Assembly: GCA_013166835.1 (NCBI GenBank)
Contig: JABLTI010000034.1
Span: 1 to 24,938 of the forward strand
Length of the DNA: 24,938 bases
Direction: 5' to 3'
From: Promethearchaeati archaeon
GTDB lineage: Archaea > Asgardarchaeota > Heimdallarchaeia > JABLTI01
Notes under the pieces: model-generated
What the model was told of the DNA's origin: nothing
The model's database searches: none
What the model saw: only the letters and a program-made list of their open reading frames with translations
Shown here: piece by piece, positions 17,683 through 24,938 of the stretch
How the letters are laid out: each line of letters opens with the position of its first letter
Numbering within the stretch: the stretch's first letter is position 1
Program-made: the position numbers and the translations under genes

Positions 17683-18501
17683 ATGATTCACAAAATAATC
17701 GTTATTGATTCACGAACAACTGTAGGACAGGTTCTTTACGATAATGGTGTAGTTGCCTTAGAGACGGATCTTCTCACAGGATTTATTTCCGCCTTGAGTG
17801 CTTTTGCAAAATGCTTAGGAGAGAAATCCATTGAGTTTAAAGGGGCAGATTTAGGAGACCATAGATTTTCTTTAATAACTCGAGATCATTTAACCTATGC
17901 AATTTTTCAAGATTTATTTGACAATGAGCCTTTTGCCCGGTTAGCATTGAAAGAAATGATAGATATTTATCATGATGAATTATCTCTTCTGAATTTATCC
18001 ATTGATACATTACGAGAATCAATAACTAAGGAAATTACCACACTCATAGAAACGGAATATTTCCCTGTAGGAATTCTAAAGACAATTAATAATGATATTG
18101 AAACTCTTATTTCTAATTCTGATATCAATTTTGATTTGATGTTCTTATTAAGTATAAATAATGGTATAATCCAAGTTTGGAGAAGGCCTATAAATCCTTC
18201 AATAATGAAACAATTTCTCGACATAATATCAAAAATACCTTTGGAAATGAGTTGGTTAGCAGAAGGGAAAACCAACAACTATGGTCTTTTCGATGTAAAT
18301 GGTGATGAACCAGAACTTGAAGCTTGGATGATAAGAAGAGTTAGTACTACAAATTATTTTATTGCCGGACGGGCTATTGCCAAAAGTGAACAAACAAAAG
18401 AAGGATTTTCTACGAAAATATCTCAGATTTTTGAGAAGGTTTCAGAATTAGTGGAGGATGCACTTGAGAAGGAATGGATAAAAACAAGAGAGGAATTATA
18501 A
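17683..18501 (+). CDS. Longin-like domain protein with a second C-terminal alpha/beta domain
   Basis: MIHKIIVIDSR..GQVLY..DLLTGFISALSAFAK is the beta-beta-alpha start typical of Asgard longin domains; ATG 17683 preferred to TTG 17653. Confidence 0.7.
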   Translation: MIHKIIVIDSRTTVGQVLYDNGVVALETDLLTGFISALSAFAKCLGEKSIEFKGADLGDHRFSLITRDHLTYAIFQDLFDNEPFARLALKEMIDIYHDELSLLNLSIDTLRESITKEITTLIETEYFPVGILKTINNDIETLISNSDINFDLMFLLSINNGIIQVWRRPINPSIMKQFLDIISKIPLEMSWLAEGKTNNYGLFDVNGDEPELEAWMIRRVSTTNYFIAGRAIAKSEQTKEGFSTKISQIFEKVSELVEDALEKEWIKTREEL

Positions 18502-18624
18502 AACTCTTCAATCCATGAGAAAATTTTAAGTAATTCTAAAGCGCATTTTTTCTTTAACAAGTAATTTTAATGATCAAGATTTATTATTATCTTTAAAGTA
18601 CAAGCAGACTGAGAGAATAAATCA

Positions 18625-19356
18625 ATGTCAAAATCTGAAAACATCAAAAAGCTGCTAGAAGATGGTTTAGAAGCTCTGAGGAAAAATAAAAATGAGAAAG
18701 CTATAGAATATTTTGATCGAGTTATAGCTGTTGAATCAGAGAATACTATGGCTTGGAATAATAAAGGAGTAGCATTGAGAAAGCTTGGTAAAATAGAAGA
18801 TGCATTAAATTGCTATAATAAAGCACTGAGTATTGATTCTGATTTATCTCGAGCGTTATTAAATAAAGCTCGAGCATTAAAGATGCAGAAGAAATTTGAT
18901 CTAGCACTTTTCACATATGAAGATATTCTAGAATTACATCCAGAACATCGTGTGGCAACAGAAGAAAGCGAACGAGTTAGAAATTTACTTTCAAGGCAAG
19001 TTCAATTTACACAAGTAGAAGTATCGATAACCGAAAAAGAAAGCGAAGAAAGAGAGCTTTTCCAAGAACGAAATGAAGAACTGATTGAATTTTTAGAAGA
19101 ATCTCGTAAAAGTATAATTGATTCAGTTGAGAAAATTGAGGAAATCTTCACATCAGGAATTAAAGAAGAAGCATTGGAACATAGAAATCGTATTCTCAAG
19201 GCATTAATTTCATTTAACGAACAACTACTTAATCGTATTAGGAATATAAATGATGAATTCGTTACCTTGGATTTTGAAGAAGAAATAAGAGAGTTAATTG
19301 ATAAATGGGATGCATTTAAAGATACAAAAATTGAAGAATTAAAAAACTTGGATTAA
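18625..19356 (+). CDS. TPR-repeat protein with C-terminal helical/coiled-coil region
   Basis: Three TPRs (AWNNKGVALRKLGKIEDALNCYNKAL etc.) followed by E/K/L-rich helices. Confidence 0.85.
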   Translation: MSKSENIKKLLEDGLEALRKNKNEKAIEYFDRVIAVESENTMAWNNKGVALRKLGKIEDALNCYNKALSIDSDLSRALLNKARALKMQKKFDLALFTYEDILELHPEHRVATEESERVRNLLSRQVQFTQVEVSITEKESEERELFQERNEELIEFLEESRKSIIDSVEKIEEIFTSGIKEEALEHRNRILKALISFNEQLLNRIRNINDEFVTLDFEEEIRELIDKWDAFKDTKIEELKNLD

Positions 19357-19562
19357 ATAAAATTTCTTGATAAATCATCAAAAACCCATAATACCAGCAT
19401 ATAGATGAGTGTAATACTGTGGTAGTAAGCTAATATTGGTCTTTTTTATATATTGTAATCGCTGAGGAATATCTGCAAATATACACTTTGGCACAATGTG
19501 AGGGTTTAGATTGTGTCGGGTGAATGGATAGCTTTGCTGTCAGCCGAGGTGAATAAGGTTTG

Positions 19563-19709
19563 ATGAGACTCTTAACAGTACATGTGCCGGATGGATTTTT
19601 AGAAGGGTTAGATGAACTCGTACGCCAAAAAAAGTACGCAAATAGAAGCGAAATCATTAGAATTGCTATTCGTGATTTATTACGAGATGAACTTTGGGAT
19701 CAGAGATAA
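19563..19709 (+). CDS. Ribbon-helix-helix (CopG/Arc/MetJ) regulator, CdrS/aCcr1-like (not in ORF track)
   Basis: MRLLTVHVPDGFLEGLDELVRQKKYANRSEIIRIAIRDLLRDELWDQR*: alternating beta strand then LDELV..Y.NRSE.IR.A.RDLL; GAGGTGA SD at 19546-19552 (in-frame TTG 19560 alternative); T-rich terminator. Confidence 0.92.
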   Translation: MRLLTVHVPDGFLEGLDELVRQKKYANRSEIIRIAIRDLLRDELWDQR

Positions 19710-19755
19710 CTCTCTCCCATTTGTTCTTTTCTTTTATTTATTCCATCACAAATTA

Positions 19756-21303
19756 TTACATATTTTGGAGAAAACCTTCCACAGATTCTTCAACATCCAA
19801 TTCTACAGTTGGAATATTCAAAATTTTTGCAACATATTTTAATTCATTTTTAAAATTCCCTAAAGTTAGGGTCAAGTGATTTGAACCTACTGCTTTTACA
19901 AACAATTCTTTCGGAACTTTATGCTCAACAATAGTATGTGGCCAAGATTCACCCCAAGCTTCTTTTGGTTTTTGATATTTTGTTGAGAGTTTTCCTACTC
20001 CAAACTGTAAGATGTATTTGCCAGCTACTTTCATAATTTGAGCATAAGTTGCTTCTTCTGTTGTTGAAGGAGTATAAAATCCGAATGCTCCTCCTGATTC
20101 ACCTTGGCATTGAGGTTTAATTGCACTTTTTGATAAAGACATTTTAGGTTCATTAGAATTTGTAGCATAAAACGCACTTGCTCCACCACAATTCGCAATT
20201 ACAAAGTAATCTTCTGTTAAAACTTTTAAATCCCCAAACAAAGGAGGGATTTTACTATTCAATCCAAATAATATTGCAGAAATTATAAGGCTCTTAATAT
20301 CTCCTTCACAAGTTGTTGGTATTATTGGTTTCTCCCCTTCACTATCATATGGGAAAGGAAGGAAAGCAGGTATCAAACATCCTGTTACCCCAAAATTGAT
20401 ACTAAGTTCTGGTTGACATTTAAGTGAAACTCCAATAATTGATTCACCACTATCTAATCTTTGGGCAATCAAATCCTTTGCTGCAAAATACAATGCGATT
20501 TGTTTATTAATGGAATCTTCTGTGGTCATCTTATTATCATAGACAATTTGACATTTGTTTTCACTTAACCATTTCAGAAAATCTGAAACACGATTCACAT
20601 TCTTAGAAAGCAGTGATTCGACTCGGTCTATTAGTGTATTTTGATCTTCAATTACTATATCATTTATTAGAAAATTTTTCAGAGATGGTATATCGTCATT
20701 TAAATGCTCCATATTTAATGCTGGACTACCTCCCCAAAGTATAAGTGTTCCATTTCTCAAGTAATTGACAGCACAGGATGCTTTTGACCAGGACAGTAAA
20801 TCTTGAAAATCCTTTTTCGAAGAAACAATAAAGCGATTATGTGTTTTAATATGATGATTATTCGCTAACTGCCAAAATGTTGCACCTGTTGAAGCAACAG
20901 CTGTTATACCAGGCCATAATGGATCATTTTTTGTAACGAGTGCAATTGGGACATCCATTTTGTTAGCTAAGGCGAGAGGTACATTTGGTTCATTCCAAGC
21001 CCAGCAACCCATTATTAAAGCACTTATATTTTCCCGCAAAAATTCTTTGCTTATTTTATTAACATCTTCTAAGTTGTTTATTCCCCAGACATTATTATTC
21101 TTCTTTTGTTTTCGAAGCTCGGTTTGGGGATCTATAACTATAAATCCATTTAATTCTAATTTTTGTTTAAGCTCAAGATGATTTTTTCTAATGTAATCTT
21201 CTCTTTTTTTGATTAGATGAACTTCGCTTCTTGGATCTGTAAAAGATACTATTCCAAGCTTCTTTTTTGGAGTTGAGTTGTATTTCTGTTTTTTTGCAGT
21301 CAT
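19756..21303 (-). CDS. L-fucose/L-arabinose isomerase family protein
   Basis: WAWNEP, KCQPELS, TCEGD (metal Glu), FGDL (metal Asp), ANCGG, WPH, GSNH (metal His); AGGAGG SD. Confidence 0.8.
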   Translation of the reverse strand: MTAKKQKYNSTPKKKLGIVSFTDPRSEVHLIKKREDYIRKNHLELKQKLELNGFIVIDPQTELRKQKKNNNVWGINNLEDVNKISKEFLRENISALIMGCWAWNEPNVPLALANKMDVPIALVTKNDPLWPGITAVASTGATFWQLANNHHIKTHNRFIVSSKKDFQDLLSWSKASCAVNYLRNGTLILWGGSPALNMEHLNDDIPSLKNFLINDIVIEDQNTLIDRVESLLSKNVNRVSDFLKWLSENKCQIVYDNKMTTEDSINKQIALYFAAKDLIAQRLDSGESIIGVSLKCQPELSINFGVTGCLIPAFLPFPYDSEGEKPIIPTTCEGDIKSLIISAILFGLNSKIPPLFGDLKVLTEDYFVIANCGGASAFYATNSNEPKMSLSKSAIKPQCQGESGGAFGFYTPSTTEEATYAQIMKVAGKYILQFGVGKLSTKYQKPKEAWGESWPHTIVEHKVPKELFVKAVGSNHLTLTLGNFKNELKYVAKILNIPTVELDVEESVEGFLQNM

Positions 21304-21469
21304 AATAAACTCCTCCTAAAACGGAGTTTTATACATATGTTTCTTCTATTTTTGATTTTCTCCAATAAAATAATGGGTATTTAATTAATTAGCTTTTACC
21401 ACAAATCATTTTAATTAAGAAATTTCTATCTAGATAAAGAAAAATTCTCTTTGAATTAGGAGTTAACGT

Positions 21470-22174
21470 ATGTCCTTTCCTAGACAACGTTTTGTTCTCG
21501 ACACAACTGCTTTTACGGATGCCAAATTAATAAGTCATCTCGGTGGAAATATAACTGAAGCTGTAAACAGACTTTCTGAATTAATTAGTATAGGTAGATT
21601 ACGATTAAACATTTCTTGCTATATGCCACCTAGTACATTTAGCGAGCTCAAGAATTTTCTTCTTGAGAGCAAATGCACAATTCGTGATGTCGACCAGGTT
21701 GAAGCATGGGTTGTAAGAAAGGCACCGGATAGACATTCAGTTTTGTTATCTTCGCAAGTAATTTATGAATATGTATCTGACGTAAGGGATAGATTAGATC
21801 AAGGCATGAGCATTGTTAGAAGAGCGATAAAAGAAGCATTAAAACAAACAGAGAAATATCAATATGACGAAAATGCTCACACGATTAAAGATATCGAAAG
21901 TGCTCTTTCTAAAACCTATGAAGACAAATACAGACAAAAGATGAGAAGAGGAGTATTAGATTCCCTTCCTGATATAGACACACTTATTTTAGCCAAAGAA
22001 CTTGGTGCTGGAGTGGTCTCAGCAGATATGGGAATAAAGTCTTGGACAGAAAGAATGGGAATACGGTATGTAGAAGCCCATTTCTTCCCACAGATTATTC
22101 TTACTTATCTTGAAAGATTAGAAGATATGCCTAGTTCATACAAGAAATTTTCATCGAAAAATAAGAAAAGTTGA
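21470..22174 (+). CDS. HARP: RNA-free (protein-only) RNase P, Aq_880-like PIN domain
   Basis: QRFVLDTTAFTD, SCYMPPS, W+V.K.P (WVVRKAP), R.R.D.G, KYR...R.G.LDS..D.D, VSADMGI..W...G: full HARP motif set; AGGAG SD. Confidence 0.9.
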   Translation: MSFPRQRFVLDTTAFTDAKLISHLGGNITEAVNRLSELISIGRLRLNISCYMPPSTFSELKNFLLESKCTIRDVDQVEAWVVRKAPDRHSVLLSSQVIYEYVSDVRDRLDQGMSIVRRAIKEALKQTEKYQYDENAHTIKDIESALSKTYEDKYRQKMRRGVLDSLPDIDTLILAKELGAGVVSADMGIKSWTERMGIRYVEAHFFPQIILTYLERLEDMPSSYKKFSSKNKKS

Positions 22175-22446
22175 GAATATACATGATAGATAGTGGAACG
22201 GAAATGGATTCAACAATGGAAGAAACAATGAATCAAGATGAAGTGAAAATCCTTTTTCGATCCAGAGATGATTATATGTTTGCTGGAGTAATCGGAGGAC
22301 TAGCTTATTTCTGGGGGAAGAATTCAACCACCCTTCGAATTCTTTTTCTTGGTTTATCATTAATTACTGGTGGCCTTGCTATTATTGTATACCTCATTTT
22401 AATGAGAATTATTCCTTTAGAACCTGAAATAGAAAGTAGCTCATAG
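22171..22446 (+). CDS. pspC: PspC-domain membrane protein
   Basis: LFRSRDDYMFAGVIGGLAYFWG....LRILF....G....Y.....IIP.EP matches PspC; true start uncertain (ATG 22183/22204/22216). Confidence 0.85.
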   Translation: MRIYMIDSGTEMDSTMEETMNQDEVKILFRSRDDYMFAGVIGGLAYFWGKNSTTLRILFLGLSLITGGLAIIVYLILMRIIPLEPEIESSS

Positions 22447-22513
22447 TTGATAAAAAGGTTTTAAAGAAAAATTTGGTTTATCATCTTAATTCAATATCAA
22501 TGAGTTGTAAATC

Positions 22514-23011
22514 TTGAAGAAAATCTGGGCTCCTTGGAGAATTGAATATATAAAACAAACTAGAGCTGATGATGAGTGCTTCATTTGTGATATCATAAAT
22601 GACGAACCAATTAATGATAAGAAAAACCTCATTCTTTACAGAGGAAAAAAAGTAATTGTTCTTTTGAATTTGTATCCGTATATTGCTGGACATTTAATGA
22701 TTGCACCAATAGAACATACAGCGGATCTGAAAGATTTACCTTTAGAAACTGGTTCTGAAATGTGGGAATTAACTACTAAAACAGTTGAATTACTAAAAGC
22801 AGCCATACAACCAGAAGGATTCAATATTGGATTGAATTTAGGAAAAGTTTCCGGAGCAGGCTTAAAAACACATTTGCATATTCATATAGTTCCGCGTTGG
22901 AGCGGTGATACAAATTTTATGCCCATTTTATCCGATACTCGAGTAATATCACAAGAATTAGCTGAAACATATAGTGAATTGGAGAAATTCAAAGAAATTT
23001 TGGAGAAATAG
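22514..23011 (+). CDS. HIT-family nucleotide hydrolase/phosphorylase (Ap4A phosphorylase-like)
   Basis: IWAPWRIEYI, CFIC, LNLYPYIAGHLM, GFNIGLNLG..GAG, HLHIHIVPRWSGDTNFMP. Confidence 0.92.
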   Translation: MKKIWAPWRIEYIKQTRADDECFICDIINDEPINDKKNLILYRGKKVIVLLNLYPYIAGHLMIAPIEHTADLKDLPLETGSEMWELTTKTVELLKAAIQPEGFNIGLNLGKVSGAGLKTHLHIHIVPRWSGDTNFMPILSDTRVISQELAETYSELEKFKEILEK

Positions 23012-23034
23012 TAAAGGAAAGTGAATTGAATCCA

Positions 23035-23118
23035 ATGGCTTTAAGTGATTATTTTGGAGAACTAGCAGCAATTGGCGGTGCTATTTGTTTTGAAATCATT
23101 GATTATAATATTCAATAA
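23035..23118 (+). pseudogene. Truncated 5' remnant of a DMT/EamA transporter gene
   Basis: MALSDYFGELAAIGGAICF aligns with MAITDFLGELAAIGGAVCF at 24828; similarity stops after codon 19 and the frame stops at 27 aa. Confidence 0.75.
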
Positions 23119-23292
23119 ATGGTTTATTTATAATTAAATGTCAAGAAATTATTTTTGTAGTTGTTATTGAAGAGATAAAACACGACATAATTTTCATTTA
23201 GATTTTTACTCAAGTATTTTGTTAAATAAAGAAAAATTAACAAGTTTTAATGTTAGAGTTCTATTTCAAGAAATCTAATAGGCTTGAAAGTT

Positions 23293-24048
23293 CTATACTA
23301 ATCCAATCTTAAGAAGACCTCTAAATATAGCTTGAAATGTTTTCAAAACAAACTTCTGACCTAATTTGAGATTCATTTCGATAAAGAAATCCTTATTTGA
23401 ATAATATTCATGATCAGCTATAGATTCATTTTCATTTACTTGTGACATTGCCTTAAATGCTGAAAACCATACTAGATAACCAAATGTAGGCTTAAAATTG
23501 AAGGGTTTTTTCATTTTTTTTACAAATTTCTTTGCTTCTCTTCGTAATTTCTTAGATTGTTTGTTCTTTTTCGTATCATTCATACCAGGAGAGTTCATAA
23601 CACCAATTTTGCTTATTACCTTTCCACCTGAGGCCATAATAGCAAGGGCATTTGTTGCTTCTTTAATCCCTCTATAACTTCCACTTGTAATAAGAACCAT
23701 AAAACGTTGATGAAAATAACGGGGTCTATGCAACAGATAAGAAAAACGATCAATGAAATTTTTCATTCGCCAATTTACATTCATTGAATGATTGGGACTT
23801 GCAAGAATCACTCCATCAGATGATTCAATCTTATTGATAATTGTATCACGATCATCCTTTAAAGGGCATTTTTCCTCACCTTTTGTTAAACATAGATGGC
23901 AACCATTACAACATTTTAAATCAATGTTTTTTAAGAATAAATATTCATATTCACAATCGTTTTTCTCTTTATGAATACTTTCAATTGTTTTTATTGCATT
24001 ATAGGTATTTTTTTTTCGTGGACTACTAATTATTGCTAATATTTTCAA
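23293..24048 (-). CDS. Flavodoxin-fold NAD(P)H-dependent FMN reductase / iron-sulfur flavoprotein-like
   Basis: KILAIISSPRKKNT, Cx2Cx2Cx7C (CNGCHLCLTKGEEKC-PLKDD), ILASPNH, MKNFIDR; TTG 24048 with GAGGA SD preferred to 24084. Confidence 0.88.
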   Translation of the reverse strand: MKILAIISSPRKKNTYNAIKTIESIHKEKNDCEYEYLFLKNIDLKCCNGCHLCLTKGEEKCPLKDDRDTIINKIESSDGVILASPNHSMNVNWRMKNFIDRFSYLLHRPRYFHQRFMVLITSGSYRGIKEATNALAIMASGGKVISKIGVMNSPGMNDTKKNKQSKKLRREAKKFVKKMKKPFNFKPTFGYLVWFSAFKAMSQVNENESIADHEYYSNKDFFIEMNLKLGQKFVLKTFQAIFRGLLKIGLV

Positions 24049-24178
24049 GTTTTTATCCTCATTTTGTTTCTCATTGAGACTCAAATTGTTAAATCGAACA
24101 TACTAATCAAATTTATAATCTTTTGCTTTCATCTAAACTTACTTGAGATGAAAATATGAAGAGAACTTAGTTCTTTTG

Positions 24179-24260
24179 CTAATATTTTGAAAAAACGCTA
24201 AGTAGGATGGTAGCATCCTACCTATAACATAATTTTTTCAAACGTCAAAGTGAATATTAG
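24179..24260. repeat. Nested imperfect inverted repeat (possible terminator or mobile-element scar)
   Basis: CTAATATT/AATATTAG, TTGAAAAAA/TTTTTTCAA and core GTAGGATG-GTAG-CATCCTAC (24202-24221). Confidence 0.6.
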
Positions 24261-24697
24261 ATTTTTACAAATATATGGACTGTAGCTGAAATCCATTTTG
24301 CAAAAACGATCACTGATAATATGATGAATGCATTTGGATAGGTCGTTATTCTTGTAATACCACCTATAATCCCAACATCTGTTAGAATTACTAGAAGTAC
24401 TTCTAATGTTGCCAATGTACCTAGAATTATAGCGGAAATAGTTAGAATACTTTTCCACTTGTAATCTTTCTGAAAATTTGCCCTTATAGGAAAAACAGAC
24501 ATGCACATTGCAAATCCAAAAATTGCTAACCCAACAAAAGCTGAAAAATTATCTGTTATTTTTGGTAAATTTAACACGTTGAAAGCAGCTAATAGTATTA
24601 AGATATACAGAACTCCTATGAGTGCTCCAACAATAGTTGATATATTTACTATGATAGTTTTAAATCTTGGATATTCTTCTTCTTGAATTGTTGTCAT
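24257..24697 (-). CDS. Hypothetical 4-TM membrane protein
   Basis: Four hydrophobic helices; ATG 24697 (MTTIQEEE) is the likely start. Confidence 0.7.
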   Translation of the reverse strand: MTTIQEEEYPRFKTIIVNISTIVGALIGVLYILILLAAFNVLNLPKITDNFSAFVGLAIFGFAMCMSVFPIRANFQKDYKWKSILTISAIILGTLATLEVLLVILTDVGIIGGITRITTYPNAFIILSVIVFAKWISATVHIFVKI

Positions 24698-24827
24698 AAT
24701 TTTATTCCCAGAATTAGTTAATTTTAAAGCATAAAAATTTTGTTTAATCAATAAACAATTTAAATTTGAATGAAATATTTAAGAATCTTTTTGTTATAAT
24801 GATTTGTTTATTTCAAGAGATAGTAAA

Positions 24828-24938
24828 ATGGCGATAACAGATTTTCTTGGTGAATTAGCAGCTATTGGTGGAGCAGTCTGTTTTGGATTAGGAAATGTAA
24901 TCATAAAATCTCAAGGTAGTAAAATTAAACCAATGGCA
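24828..24938 (+). CDS. 5' part of DMT/EamA-family transporter (runs off window)
   Basis: MAITDFLGELAAIGGAVCFGLGNVIIKSQGSKIKPMA...; G.L.A...A..(F/W)....+.K first helix typical of EamA. Confidence 0.7.
   Translation, partial: MAITDFLGELAAIGGAVCFGLGNVIIKSQGSKIKPMA

Noticed and set aside
19430-19879. ORF-track entries 19430-19657(-), 19612-19842(+), 19694-19879(+)
   Set aside because: Shadow frames overlapping the RHH gene and the isomerase 3' end; no SD or motifs.
19563-22174. RHH + PIN protein as a VapBC toxin-antitoxin pair
   Set aside because: The genes are 1.7 kb apart, separated by an opposite-strand gene, and the PIN protein has HARP-specific motifs.
24179-24260. Canonical integron attC site
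   Set aside because: Ends read CTAAT/ATTAG rather than AAC/GTT, no L-box/unpaired-spacer geometry, and no equivalent site after the neighbouring gene.
1306-24686. Other short ORFs nested in or antisense to long genes (e.g. 3005-3259, 3293-3577, 4683-5063, 5760-6212, 8072-8344, 10175-10462, 17970-18278, 24222-24506)
   Set aside because: Composition (S/F/I/L-rich for the antisense ones) is that expected of off-frame or reverse-strand reading of AT-rich genes; no independent signals.

Overview
AT-rich archaeal chromosomal window, most likely from an Asgard archaeon (Heimdallarchaeia-like, by inference). Support: GGTGA/GGAGG Shine-Dalgarno sites, TATA-type promoters, an archaeal PolB with a PIP box, NurA, HARP, and the eukaryotic-signature-type Arf-like GTPase and longin-like proteins. 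It holds about 26 CDS/fragments: lysine/saccharopine dehydrogenase, Cx5R phosphatase, HflX, TPR proteins, NurA, an Arf-like GTPase with a Cys-rich tail, PolB, a HAD hydrolase, surface proteins, a membrane-anchored winged-helix regulator, a fucose-isomerase-like enzyme, protein-only RNase P, PspC, HIT, a flavoprotein and EamA. Two complete small genes are absent from the ORF track: a 53-aa membrane protein (9729-9890) and a 48-aa CdrS/aCcr1-like RHH regulator (19563-19709). The most unusual structure is the ORF-free 600-bp region 11450-12050. It holds two homologous tandem modules, each with GAAC-N-GTTC palindromes, a minus-strand BRE/TATA-like box, a shared GATCCTYCAT block and a GGGGAA/TTCCCC hairpin, and it lies divergent from an operon encoding a surface protein and the membrane-tethered wHTH regulator. 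This is a candidate envelope-sensing system controlling twin small RNAs (hypothesis). No rRNA, tRNA, CRISPR array, transposase or integrase was seen. All family calls come from motif recognition by eye, not database searches.
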